A DNA stretch of 64,000 nucleotides from an archaeon (GCA_043799715.1 JAZDNM010000003.1:288270-352269); one strand, 5' to 3'; shown: positions 46,704 through 56,338, counted from the stretch's first letter. Notes: a model not told the origin generated them from the sequence alone. Translations and numbers: made by a program.

Positions 46704-48320
46704 ATGATTCAAGTTGGAAAAGAATTAGCTTATTTGTTGGGTTTAATTTGTGGAAGAGGACACATCCTTCAAAAAGATAAAAAAATAATTATTGAATTTG
46801 CACATAAAAATAAGACTGCTTATGGTATTGCTTATTGTAAGAAATGCGGGGAACTTGCTACTGCTCAAAAAACAGATGACAAAGAAGAAAAAGAGTTAAT
46901 ATGCAAAATTTGTAAGAGTAAGGTACCTTTTTCTGTTAAAAGGGTCTATGAACAAAGAGAATCCACTATAGGCTCTATAAAAAAGGAGATTATTCCATTT
47001 TTATCTACCAAATTGAATGTAGATTATGATATCATAGGAAATGATCATATGACCTTATTAGTTCTTGATTTTAACAAAGACAAGTCTAATTTTAAGGATT
47101 TAATAAAATTCTTTAAATCCAAAACGAGTTTTGACTCATTTGAAATTCCAAAAGAATTATCAAGTTCAAAAAAAGAATCGAAAATTGAGTTTATTAATGG
47201 ATTAATGGACACTGCCGGGTTTTTTAATACTGGGAGTTGGATGCCTCGATCTGGAGAAAAAGGGTATGGGGTTATGAGGGGTTATTTTCAGATAGTTCGA
47301 AATTGGAAAATGCCTGTTCAAATATGTGATTTTCTAAATACCGAATTCTCTTTAAATATACAAACTATTGATTGGGGTCATCCAAATATGAGGGATCAAG
47401 CGAATATTTATGCATGGGCAAGAGAACACCAAGTTAAATTTTTCCCAGAAGATTATAGAATATTCAGCCCAAAAATAAGACACAAAAAAGAGATGTTTTT
47501 AGAGTTAGTACAACACAATAAAAAAATAAAGTTTGATGGGAAAGATATATTTGGAATAGCTCCTATAGATAATGGTCAAATTAAACCTTATCATCCTGAA
47601 GAAAACAATACAAAATTACCTATCGAAATTAAAGGCATACATTTTGATGCTTCATGGCAAATCGCATTAAAATTAGGATCCAACTATATAAAAAATCAAT
47701 TTAATACAGCAAAATATAAAGAGATTTTATATTTGACGGGAAAAGATGAAGATCTTGATTATTCTGAAGAGTTAAAAAAAGTTGAAGGAATAAGGAATAA
47801 AAAAACAAAAGAAGTAGAATCAGAAAGGGAAAAAGTTGAAGAGGAAATCTCAAAAAGAGAAGAAAAAAGAATTAGAACAAATCCCGAGCAAAGATTATAT
47901 CTTCCTCTTTGCGAGTACTTAGGTAATCATTTTTCAAAGTTATATAAAGAAAAGATAAAATTTTATGACACTTCTTCATTTTACCTTAACAAATTTATTT
48001 CAGAAAGTAATGTTTCAGAGGAGTTTGAATATTATGAAGAATTTAAAATAAAACCGGATTTAGTTGGTTTTGTTATAAGTTCAAAAAAGATACTTATCGC
48101 AGAAATAAAGGCAACAGAATTATCTTTAAGAGATCTTGGTCAGTTAAGAGGATATTGTCTAATTGCAAATCCAGAATATGCTATCCTTATTTCCAATAAA
48201 AAACCATCGCTTAACTTAAAGAAAATACTGAAAATGAATAAAGATATTTTAAATTATTTTGGCAAAACAATAAAAATTGGTTTTTGGAATGGCAAAGAGG
48301 TAAGCCTAATTGAAATATAA
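46704..48320 (+). CDS. Putative restriction endonuclease large subunit: inactive LAGLIDADG domain with Zn ribbon plus C-terminal PD-(D/E)XK nuclease
   Basis: LAYLLGLICGRG and IPKEL...EFINGLMDTAG; CKKC..CKIC; KPDLVG...AEIK...LGQLRGY; convergent on two methyltransferases. Confidence 0.65.
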   Translation: MIQVGKELAYLLGLICGRGHILQKDKKIIIEFAHKNKTAYGIAYCKKCGELATAQKTDDKEEKELICKICKSKVPFSVKRVYEQRESTIGSIKKEIIPFLSTKLNVDYDIIGNDHMTLLVLDFNKDKSNFKDLIKFFKSKTSFDSFEIPKELSSSKKESKIEFINGLMDTAGFFNTGSWMPRSGEKGYGVMRGYFQIVRNWKMPVQICDFLNTEFSLNIQTIDWGHPNMRDQANIYAWAREHQVKFFPEDYRIFSPKIRHKKEMFLELVQHNKKIKFDGKDIFGIAPIDNGQIKPYHPEENNTKLPIEIKGIHFDASWQIALKLGSNYIKNQFNTAKYKEILYLTGKDEDLDYSEELKKVEGIRNKKTKEVESEREKVEEEISKREEKRIRTNPEQRLYLPLCEYLGNHFSKLYKEKIKFYDTSSFYLNKFISESNVSEEFEYYEEFKIKPDLVGFVISSKKILIAEIKATELSLRDLGQLRGYCLIANPEYAILISNKKPSLNLKKILKMNKDILNYFGKTIKIGFWNGKEVSLIEI

Positions 48321-48321
48321 A

Positions 48322-48816
48322 ATGGAACTAACAAAAGACCAGTATACGGGAAAAATCAAGAGATGGTTAGAAAACTTTTTGATAAAAAATTATTCTAAGA
48401 ATTATAATATAGAAGTTATAATTCCTAACGGGGATATTTCTAAGATCAGCAATAACTCTTTAAAAAATGTCCAAAATTATTCTTTACTAGATTTTTCTCC
48501 CGATATCTTAGGAATATTAACTTCCAAGAAAGATAAAGAAGTTAGACTTGTTTTAATTAATAGAGCTATAAGCCCTATAAGTGTAAAAGAAATTGGGGAG
48601 ATGAATATTTATAGCCATATTATAAATCCAGAGGCAGCATTTATTGTCTCATTGAAAGGATTGCCCAATGAGGTAAATAGTCTTTTGCTTAATGAGGATA
48701 TTTGTTCCTCACTTTTAAAATATCATAACAAAGAAATTGTTATCCTAAAAATAGATGAAAATGGAAAAGTAGATAATAAATGTATTTTTCCTAGAAAATT
48801 TAAGAGCCTTTTTTAG
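48322..48816 (+). CDS. Small PD-(D/E)XK-fold protein resembling the upstream nuclease domain, probably degenerate
   Basis: FSPDILGI...LVLINR..PISVKEIGEMNIY..IINPEAAFIVS parallels KPDLVGF...IAEIK..ELSLRDLGQLRGY..IANPEYAILIS. Confidence 0.6.
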   Translation: MELTKDQYTGKIKRWLENFLIKNYSKNYNIEVIIPNGDISKISNNSLKNVQNYSLLDFSPDILGILTSKKDKEVRLVLINRAISPISVKEIGEMNIYSHIINPEAAFIVSLKGLPNEVNSLLLNEDICSSLLKYHNKEIVILKIDENGKVDNKCIFPRKFKSLF

Positions 48817-49624
48817 TACGGTCTCTTTTCCAAAAGATGCATATAAATTCATGAACTTTATTAAATCTAAAGACCCATGGATATCCTAATGTTTTCATGT
48901 TGTTATATTCGTGTTGTCTGTCCCATATAACAAATTCTTCTAACTCAAATCCAATCTCTTCCATTATTTTAGTTATATCTATATGCAGAGGGTAGAATTT
49001 ATCTTTCTTTCTAATATCCATAACAACAACACAGCATCTTTTGTTTGGTTTAAGAACCTTATACACTTCTGAATAAACTTCTTTTAATCCTTTCAAGAAT
49101 TCTTCATAGTTCTCAATGTTACCTAAATCCTTATCAGAGTCAGAATAATTGCCTATTTCACGATTATCTACTGTTCTTTTTTGATTTAGAATATCCCAAT
49201 AGGGGGGAGAGTTTATGCAAAGATCCACAGATTCTTCTTTAACATATTTTAAAAGATTATTTGCATCGTCATTTATTACTTCTTGTTTAAATTCGTGAGC
49301 TTGTTTTAAATCTAAGGTTAATTGAGTTTTGGATAATCTTGTTTTTGCTATTTCTGCAAATTCTTTTGAAAGTTCAACTCCGATACCTTTTTTATTGAGT
49401 TTTTTTGATGCCAAGAGAGTGCTACCAACTCCTAAGAATGGGTCTAATATTACTTCTCCATCATCTTTTGTGTATATCTTAATTAATTTCTCAGCTAATT
49501 CTGAAGGAAACATTGCAGGATGTTTTAATTGTGTTTCTTCTTTTGTTTTTCTTATATCTCTCCAAATAGTAAAAGAATTTTGTAACCATTCTTTACCAGA
49601 GAGATTATTCATTTTTTCAGCCAT
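48800..49624 (-). CDS. Amino (likely N4-cytosine) DNA methyltransferase with permuted motif order
   Basis: HPAMFP, LDPFLGVGST (motif I), then NSPPYW (motif IV). Confidence 0.9.
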   Translation of the reverse strand: MAEKMNNLSGKEWLQNSFTIWRDIRKTKEETQLKHPAMFPSELAEKLIKIYTKDDGEVILDPFLGVGSTLLASKKLNKKGIGVELSKEFAEIAKTRLSKTQLTLDLKQAHEFKQEVINDDANNLLKYVKEESVDLCINSPPYWDILNQKRTVDNREIGNYSDSDKDLGNIENYEEFLKGLKEVYSEVYKVLKPNKRCCVVVMDIRKKDKFYPLHIDITKIMEEIGFELEEFVIWDRQHEYNNMKTLGYPWVFRFNKVHEFICIFWKRDRTKKGS

Positions 49625-51194
49625 GTTTCTTGCTCATTACCTCTTTTAAGGAATTTTCGATAATTAATACTTCTTTTTTATTTAATCCGTATAACCGATA
49701 AAGGATATTGTTTAATTGTGCATATTCCTCTTTAAAATTACTCGAATATTTATCTTCAATTGATAATAAAGAACTTACTAGCAAATCTATTTTTTCTTTT
49801 ATAGTTCTATCTGGGTAAATTATTGGGAGTTTTCCAATATAAGCTTTATCTGTATGCATACTAAAATTAGAGTTTAGATAGGTTAAATGTATCATAAAAA
49901 AATTGCATAATCTTGAACTCAATAGTCCAGTTAAGAATAAAATATAATCTTTATTGTTCGGAATGATATTTGTCACTGTATCTAGTGTTAGTTCGTGTTC
50001 ATCGCTTATTGCAGAGAATATGCCCCCTTCTTTGGAAGCTAAATTTTGGATGACTATCTTGTTCTGAAATATTGTTTTAGACCGTCCATTAAGCAATTCT
50101 TTTGAAAATTCTTTATTTAAAAATAATCTATTTTTTATTCCAAATCTTTTAATGCAATTCCCCCTTAACAAGAACAAATCTTTTCTTGTCTGTTTATCAC
50201 TTATATACTTTTTAAGGGAGATTAGAGATTCTCCTCGAAAGATATTTGCCTCATTAGAAAGAGTTTGTTTAATAGAAAATAATTTATCTGCAACCAGCTT
50301 AACATTTTCGTTATAAAATAATGGAAAAAAAGAATATCTAAGAAATTCTTTCTGCGTTAAAGTATACTCAAGATTATTTAGAAAAGAGCATCCTTTTTTG
50401 TAGGGGATAATATTCACTTTGTTTGTTAAATCAGTTTTTTTCTTTTGAGCAATTAAAATTATCTGGTCACATCTTACATCTTTAAAATGGTGGTCTAAAT
50501 CTTTAATCAAAATTATCTTCATGTTATTTATAATAAACTCCCTAATTTTCTTAAAAGAATCAACTCGAATAAAATTCTTAGGTAATACAAGACCAAGGTA
50601 TCCCCCATCTTTTAATAAAAAATAGGATTTCGATAATACCAGTGATGCAAAATTGGTTGACCCAGAGGTTATTTCTTGATAATATTTGTGTCCTAATGGA
50701 AAATCTTTATTATTAAATTTTAAATTTTTAAAGGGGGGATTTCCTATGATTACATCAAAATAATTTTCTTTAAATAAGTCTTCATTTATGAAATCCCCTA
50801 AAAACATATTTTTACTTTTATGGGAGATATTTTCCTTACAAAGTTTTAAGGCTCTCTTGTCTATATCCACCCCATAAATATTTTCTGGGTTTATTTTATT
50901 TTTACTTAAAATATTCTTTAAAAAAGCCCCAGCACCACAAGTTGGGTCAAGAATTTTATCTTCTCTTTTTATGGGGATAGAATCAACAATGAAGTTTACA
51001 ATCTCTTTATGAGTGAAATACTGCCCCAAGTCATATCTTTCTTCAGAAGGAACTTCCTTTTCAAATAAAGTACTTAACACATCTTTTTCTTGTTCTTTAA
51101 AAAGTATAATTTCTTCAACAATCTCTGCCTCTTTGAAATTTAAACTAGTAAAACTTTCTTGCCCCTCTTCCATAAATATATATTGCTTTTTCAT
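49617..51194 (-). CDS. N6-adenine DNA methyltransferase, TaqI/Eco57I-like gamma class
   Basis: GQYFT, LDPTCGAGAF, IIGNPPF, C-terminal TRD ending LYRLYGL. Confidence 0.92.
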   Translation of the reverse strand: MKKQYIFMEEGQESFTSLNFKEAEIVEEIILFKEQEKDVLSTLFEKEVPSEERYDLGQYFTHKEIVNFIVDSIPIKREDKILDPTCGAGAFLKNILSKNKINPENIYGVDIDKRALKLCKENISHKSKNMFLGDFINEDLFKENYFDVIIGNPPFKNLKFNNKDFPLGHKYYQEITSGSTNFASLVLSKSYFLLKDGGYLGLVLPKNFIRVDSFKKIREFIINNMKIILIKDLDHHFKDVRCDQIILIAQKKKTDLTNKVNIIPYKKGCSFLNNLEYTLTQKEFLRYSFFPLFYNENVKLVADKLFSIKQTLSNEANIFRGESLISLKKYISDKQTRKDLFLLRGNCIKRFGIKNRLFLNKEFSKELLNGRSKTIFQNKIVIQNLASKEGGIFSAISDEHELTLDTVTNIIPNNKDYILFLTGLLSSRLCNFFMIHLTYLNSNFSMHTDKAYIGKLPIIYPDRTIKEKIDLLVSSLLSIEDKYSSNFKEEYAQLNNILYRLYGLNKKEVLIIENSLKEVMSKKHG

Positions 51195-51219
51195 CTTTTA
51201 ATTATTATGCTTTTTATTT

Positions 51220-51267
51220 TCAACAAACTCCTGCAAATAACTCAACAACCTTAATCTCCTTTTCCAT
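51220..51267 (-). pseudogene. N-terminal stub of a C5-cytosine methyltransferase
   Basis: MEKEIKVVELFAGVC* matches Dcm motif I (V.ELFAG.GG), with a purine-rich SD upstream. Confidence 0.65.
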
Positions 51268-51549
51268 TTTTCTCCCCTCTTTTACCTTTAGAATTAATCA
51301 TTTTTGTTTTTATTCCTTTCTATTACAAATCTGCCAGATTAAATCCGTCCAGACATAAAGAAGAAGGCTTACGAACGCCCCTAGGGCAAAAGTCTCTTTG
51401 TATAGGCATTGCTCCATTTTAACCTTACTTTATGTAGTCCTACTTAGTATAGTAATACCTATATTTAAAGCTTTCTATTAGAAAGTAGCTATGAGCTAAG
51501 TACTACTTTAAAAAGTGATATTTATAAACTGGGATGAATAATGGGGGTT

Positions 51550-51696
51550 ATGGCAGAAATAGAAATCACAAAAAAAGGTTATAAATGCAATAATTGCAGT
51601 TACGAATGGCTTCCCCGTTCTAGAAAAGAGAAGCCGTTAATTTGCCCTAGATGCAAGTCGGCAAGATGGGATAAAGAACCGAGGAAAAGGAAATGA
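51550..51696 (+). CDS. Small zinc-ribbon protein (48 aa, missing from the ORF track)
   Basis: YKCNNCSYEWLPR...ICPRCKSARW; ATGA overlap with the next gene. Confidence 0.8.
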   Translation: MAEIEITKKGYKCNNCSYEWLPRSRKEKPLICPRCKSARWDKEPRKRK

Positions 51697-52094
51697 TGGA
51701 CAAAGAATATTTAGGGTTCATTCAAAATATAGTGAATAGAATGGCAAATAATTCTTTCGTACTGAAAGGTTGGTCAGTTACTCTAGTAACGGGGATAATT
51801 GGGCTATCATTAGTCAACTCTATTACGTATTTAATTCTTATAGCACTTATTCCTGCTTTAATTTTTTGGTGTTTAGATGCCTATTATCTTCGACAAGAAA
51901 GATTGTTTAGAAAATTATATGAGGATAGCGTAAGTACCGCAAAACAGATTAAAAAACTCTCGCTGAATACGGAGATATACCAAAATGAAGTAGAATCATG
52001 GCTTGGTACCATGTTTTCATCTACTCTATTATCACTACACGGAACAATAAACTTATTAATAATCCTTATATGGTTTATCGGGAGAAACATATGA
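51693..52094 (+). CDS. 3-TM membrane protein, putative defence effector
   Basis: FIQNIVNRMANNSFVLKGW, FWCLDAYYLRQERLFRKLY; coupled to the TIR gene. Confidence 0.75.
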   Translation: MMDKEYLGFIQNIVNRMANNSFVLKGWSVTLVTGIIGLSLVNSITYLILIALIPALIFWCLDAYYLRQERLFRKLYEDSVSTAKQIKKLSLNTEIYQNEVESWLGTMFSSTLLSLHGTINLLIILIWFIGRNI

Positions 52095-52573
52095 CAAGGA
52101 GAGTATTTTTTAGTTTTCATTATGAAAGGGATATATGGCGTGCAGGACAGGTTAGGAATAGTTGGGTTACTAAGCCGGATAGGGAAACAGCTGGTTTTAT
52201 AGATGCTGCTTCATGGGAAGAAGTAAAAAGAAAAGGTGATGAAGCAATTAAAAGATGGATTGCGAACCAGCTTGATGGTACATCAGTAACTATTGTGTTA
52301 ATAGGAGCAGAAACGGCAAATAGAGATTGGGTACTCTATGAAATAAAAGAAAGTCACAAAAGAGGTAATGGTCTACTTGGCATACGTATTCATAATATAA
52401 AAGACCAAAATCAACGAATGGATAATCTAGGCGGCAATCCATTTGATAAACTCTATATTGAAGAGAACGGTTTTAAAAAATATTTATCACAGATTTATCC
52501 AACTTATGATTGGGTAAGGAATGATGGCTACAATAATCTTGGTAGATGGGTAGAAGAAGTAGCACCAAAATAG
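52091..52573 (+). CDS. ThsB-like TIR domain protein (DUF1863)
   Basis: RRVFFSFHYERD, IKRWI..QL.GTSVTIVLIG, catalytic Glu in WVLYEI. Confidence 0.9.
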   Translation: MTRRVFFSFHYERDIWRAGQVRNSWVTKPDRETAGFIDAASWEEVKRKGDEAIKRWIANQLDGTSVTIVLIGAETANRDWVLYEIKESHKRGNGLLGIRIHNIKDQNQRMDNLGGNPFDKLYIEENGFKKYLSQIYPTYDWVRNDGYNNLGRWVEEVAPK

Positions 52574-52728
52574 AGTTCTTTTCAAGAAGAGTATATTCTC
52601 TCTGGTTCGTCCGTTAGTTATAGCCCCTATTTTCCACAAAGGAAACTTTGTATTCTGGTAACAAACTGGCAGACTAATCGCTCTTTCTTAAAAGCGATAA
52701 GTTTTTAAGTAGCTAAATATAGCTATTT

Positions 52729-52941
52729 ATGGCTATGAAGAATAAAAAGGGAACAATAAATATTTTTGAAGGTAAAATAAGCGGAAAAATCTCTTTGGAT
52801 AAATTAGAGTTTTCTGAAGTCCACACACGAACTGTAGAACCTGTTAGTAAAACAAGCAAAACTGGTAGAATATACTTGCCCACTGAACTTGTTCATAAAA
52901 GAGTTTATATCTTAGTTAAAAAAGAGGCAAAGACAGAATGA
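52729..52941 (+). CDS. DUF2080-like (AbrB-fold) small protein
   Basis: RTVEP...TGRIYLP.ELV.KRVYILV. Confidence 0.65.
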   Translation: MAMKNKKGTINIFEGKISGKISLDKLEFSEVHTRTVEPVSKTSKTGRIYLPTELVHKRVYILVKKEAKTE

Positions 52942-53156
52942 TTTCTGAAGATAGATATCTTGAATGGAAAAAAAGAGTTTTCTTATTGGATTTAGCAGAG
53001 ATTAAATTAGAACGGATGTCCCAAGAAGGACAAATAAATGAAAATAAAAAAAGAAAAATAAAAAAAAGATTAAATGAATTGTGGATTAGAGTTTGGGATT
53101 ACTACCCAGACAAAAATCCCTCAGTGGAAAAGGCGTTCAAACTCAATTTCGGGTAA
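52938..53156 (+). CDS. Hypothetical protein
   Basis: ATGA overlap with the previous gene. Confidence 0.55.
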   Translation: MISEDRYLEWKKRVFLLDLAEIKLERMSQEGQINENKKRKIKKRLNELWIRVWDYYPDKNPSVEKAFKLNFG

Positions 53157-54062
53157 TGGAACAAAGTTTCTCGCCATCAAACCTGCTTGATTTACTATAT
53201 CAATGCGGCTTAATGCTGTATTAAATGTTACATTGCTTCTCACTAATTCCTTTCTCTTAGCCCCATTGTAATCTGCGAGTCCATCTTCTGCCTGTGCATA
53301 TATCCTGAATCCCCAATCAGAATTAAGAAATTCTACTGGCACAATGCCGCCGCCCCATGGAATCCATGAAGAAATTGCATTTGCTTTGAACTGCATTGGT
53401 GATAAAAACATAGATGTTCTTGTAACTTTATCTTTTTTTGGAAAAACTCCAAAAACAATGCTATATATTCCTGCAATTCTCAGATGACTCAGTGTCTGGC
53501 TTAGATTTGCCCTTGTGAATGGGTTATTGTGTCCCCTGAATATAACTGCACATTTGGTAACTTTTTCTTTCTTCATCACTTCTACTTTTCTCAATAGTTC
53601 GTTCGTGTGTGGTTCAATTACGGGAACTGTATTTTTACTGCTGTTCCTTTTTTTCCATGATTGTAACTGCTGCTCAAATTCTATTGCTGTCTGGTTTGCT
53701 GCCTTCTCATTCATGCATAGATTCTTCAATTTGGCTATCTGCTGCACTTTTTCCATATAATCCATTTCTGCATTATTGAAAATTGTTCCAATAGCATACT
53801 GGAAATTAACTAAAAAGTCATACAAATCAAAGTCCTTGCATATACCTAAAATAGCTTGCTTGTCTGTATCCAAATTGCTTGCAAGTGTAGCTCTTTTAGT
53901 TGACGCAATCTTCCTTACGAATACTGCATGGTTGCTTAAAGGAATTATGGGCAAATTGTATTTTCTAGAATCTATCAAATCTCTATGTGTTGGCATGATA
54001 ACTTGCTTGTTTAAATTCAAAACTTGTTTTACTTTCAATTGTTGCTCTGTTTGTTCTTGCAT
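53121..54062 (-). CDS. Hypothetical protein
   Basis: 313-aa ORF with strong SD AGGAGG. Confidence 0.7.
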   Translation of the reverse strand: MQEQTEQQLKVKQVLNLNKQVIMPTHRDLIDSRKYNLPIIPLSNHAVFVRKIASTKRATLASNLDTDKQAILGICKDFDLYDFLVNFQYAIGTIFNNAEMDYMEKVQQIAKLKNLCMNEKAANQTAIEFEQQLQSWKKRNSSKNTVPVIEPHTNELLRKVEVMKKEKVTKCAVIFRGHNNPFTRANLSQTLSHLRIAGIYSIVFGVFPKKDKVTRTSMFLSPMQFKANAISSWIPWGGGIVPVEFLNSDWGFRIYAQAEDGLADYNGAKRKELVRSNVTFNTALSRIDIVNQAGLMARNFVPLPEIEFERLFH

Positions 54063-54123
54063 TTTTTAACCTCCTGTTGAAATTTATATTTTTTTGATAT
54101 AATATGAACTCCCTTCAACTCTT

Positions 54124-54351
54124 TTATTGCTCTGTTAGAGCCTGCGTAAGTAATGTTGCACCAATACCGATTATTATCCCCCAAGTTAGATTCTTGTTAT
54201 TATCTATTTGCCTTTCAGCATCTTTTCTTATTTGCCCTTCCAAACTATTTATACCGTTCGTAATTAAAAGTTTCCTGACTTCTTCAAGCTTTTTCCATTC
54301 TTCTTCAGGAATCTTTATTGTTTTCAATTCTTGAATTTCTGATGTTGCCAT
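54124..54351 (-). CDS. RHH-like small protein
   Basis: KTIKIPEEEWKKL; palindrome TACCTAAT-G-ATTAGGTA in its promoter. Confidence 0.6.
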   Translation of the reverse strand: MATSEIQELKTIKIPEEEWKKLEEVRKLLITNGINSLEGQIRKDAERQIDNNKNLTWGIIIGIGATLLTQALTEQ

Positions 54352-54409
54352 TTTATGAGGTATATTTCCTATACTTACCTAATGATTAGGTATTTAAATA
54401 GTTTTCGGT

Positions 54410-55402
54410 TTAATCTTTCCCACGCTTAATCTTCCCCATTTCTGCCCTGAGATTTTCAAGCCATTCGGGCTTCGGCTTCATGAATTTTTCTGGCTTGAAG
54501 TTTTTGGCTTGCTGGGTTTTGCCCAGCTTGATTGCCTGCTTCAGCAGGCAGTAATCAAGGTTCAAAAGTTCTGCAGGAGTTATTGAGATAAGGGGAATTT
54601 TTGCTTTTCTGTAATCCTTGTTTTTTTCCACTTTTCTTTTCCATGCCTTTGGATGCCCGCCATAAATTTCAACTATCACTTTGATTTTTCTCAGGTAAAC
54701 ATCAGGAATCGGCTTTGTGCTGTCAAGATAAAGTGTGAATGGCTCATACTCTGGCAGCAGGGCTTTGTAAACCTCTGGCTTGCTGAGATAATCCAGAACC
54801 GCTTTCTCTATCTTGCTTTTCACATAGCCCAAGGCAGTCCTGTATCTTGTCTTGTTTGCCTTGTAGCCGAAAAAACGCTTTCTTTCCTTCTCATGCGTTG
54901 CATAGTATAAATCAGATGTAATCTGCCTTTCCTTCCTCATGTTTGGATGGTTCTTGTAAAGCTCTTTCTGCTTTTTTCTCATTAATGCCCTTGCCTCTGG
55001 CTTCAGATTGTAATATTCCCTTACTGCCCTGCCTATCTCTTTCTCCCAGTCGCTTGTCTTGTATTTCTGAATTATCTTCTGCCTCATAGCTGCAAGCTTT
55101 TCAGGATTGCCAAGCCAGAATTCCTTTATTCTCCTGCTCTGCTCCTCTTTTCTTGCTTTTGTCCAATACTGCTTTTTTATCCTGCTCATTTTTTCCTTTA
55201 ACTCAGGATTTTTCCATTTCAGGATGTTACTTGCTCTTATGTTCTCCCTGTGCTGTTTGGTTAGCTTCCTGTTTTTGTTCCATGGCTTCCATCTGCCTTT
55301 TTTTATTAGGGCTTTGATTGCCCTGCTCCTCTTTTTTCTTGTGCTTTCTGGCTGCTTCCTGTTCAGCCAGAGCGATGCGATTGGGAATCTCTTAGTTTTC
55401 AT
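54410..55402 (-). CDS. Free-standing homing-endonuclease-like protein (NUMOD3-like helical repeats plus Vsr/DUF559-like nuclease)
   Basis: KPWNKNRKLTKQHRENI, K/R-rich repeats, KSKIEKAV...YE...IPDVYL...IVEIYG. Confidence 0.65.
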   Translation of the reverse strand: MKTKRFPIASLWLNRKQPESTRKKRSRAIKALIKKGRWKPWNKNRKLTKQHRENIRASNILKWKNPELKEKMSRIKKQYWTKARKEEQSRRIKEFWLGNPEKLAAMRQKIIQKYKTSDWEKEIGRAVREYYNLKPEARALMRKKQKELYKNHPNMRKERQITSDLYYATHEKERKRFFGYKANKTRYRTALGYVKSKIEKAVLDYLSKPEVYKALLPEYEPFTLYLDSTKPIPDVYLRKIKVIVEIYGGHPKAWKRKVEKNKDYRKAKIPLISITPAELLNLDYCLLKQAIKLGKTQQAKNFKPEKFMKPKPEWLENLRAEMGKIKRGKD

Positions 55403-55672
55403 TTGAGAGGAAAGAGGGATAAAACTTTAAATATTTGAGGATATTCAATCTTAAATGCCAAAAGCATCTAGGAATCTAAACCCTATGTGGTTAATCCCTA
55501 TTTTTTATGGGATTTACCTCTTAGTATGTTTAGTAATAGCAATATCACAGAAACTATAAGTTTCTGGGGGCAGGATGTCTGCCCATTTTTCTTTTATATA
55601 TTAAACCACAGCAAAATTTAAAAATAACACTGGAATATATATGTTAATATAGACAAAAAGGGAGATTATGAA

Positions 55673-56335
55673 ATGGATAAGGAAGCAAAGATAGGTAAGG
55701 TAGTATTTACTGTATTAGCAATAATCGGTTTTTTTGCGATTCTTTCTATTGCCAATACGAAAATTAATCCAGAGAGTATAAAAATTAAATATATTATCCC
55801 CCTAACAGGGAATAGTGTTGCAGAAGTTTCAATAGATGAAAATTTAATCAAGGAAATCACAAGAAGATTTAACCAGATAATCACACAAAATGAAATTCCG
55901 GAAGACAATCTATTCTTGATAGATTTGAGTGTAAATTTTCAAGCAGAAAAACGAGAAAATTTAAGTATAGGAATTGAAACAAGCAGTTTATTACAGGAAA
56001 TAGAATTAAGGGATAAAAATGATGTCAAACTAGATAAAATTAGCGATAATTTATTCAAATTTCAAAAAGATTTATTTCCCGGGGATATTTCTATAATTAG
56101 GTTGGTTGGGAGAACGGGGATTTTAGGCGAAGAACCATTCACAGGGGTTAATTTAAAAATTAAGATTTATTCTAATGATTCTTTAGTTTATGAATCTTCC
56201 AAGACTATTAAAATATGCAAAAAAGGGGTAGTAGGAGGTTGTTCTAATCTCCTAAAAGAGGTATCTAATGAAATACAAGGAATAATTAATGAAAATTTTA
56301 ATAAAACAGATATCTCTTCTCCACCAACAAACTAG
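55673..56335 (+). CDS. Membrane-anchored hypothetical protein
   Basis: N-terminal TM; AT-rich. Confidence 0.65.
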   Translation: MDKEAKIGKVVFTVLAIIGFFAILSIANTKINPESIKIKYIIPLTGNSVAEVSIDENLIKEITRRFNQIITQNEIPEDNLFLIDLSVNFQAEKRENLSIGIETSSLLQEIELRDKNDVKLDKISDNLFKFQKDLFPGDISIIRLVGRTGILGEEPFTGVNLKIKIYSNDSLVYESSKTIKICKKGVVGGCSNLLKEVSNEIQGIINENFNKTDISSPPTN

Positions 56336-56338
56336 AAA

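Noticed and set aside
46704..48320. Intein or active homing endonuclease
   Set aside because: No Hint-domain splice motifs (N-terminal Cys/Ser block, His-Asn end), no host extein, and both LAGLIDADG catalytic acids are missing.
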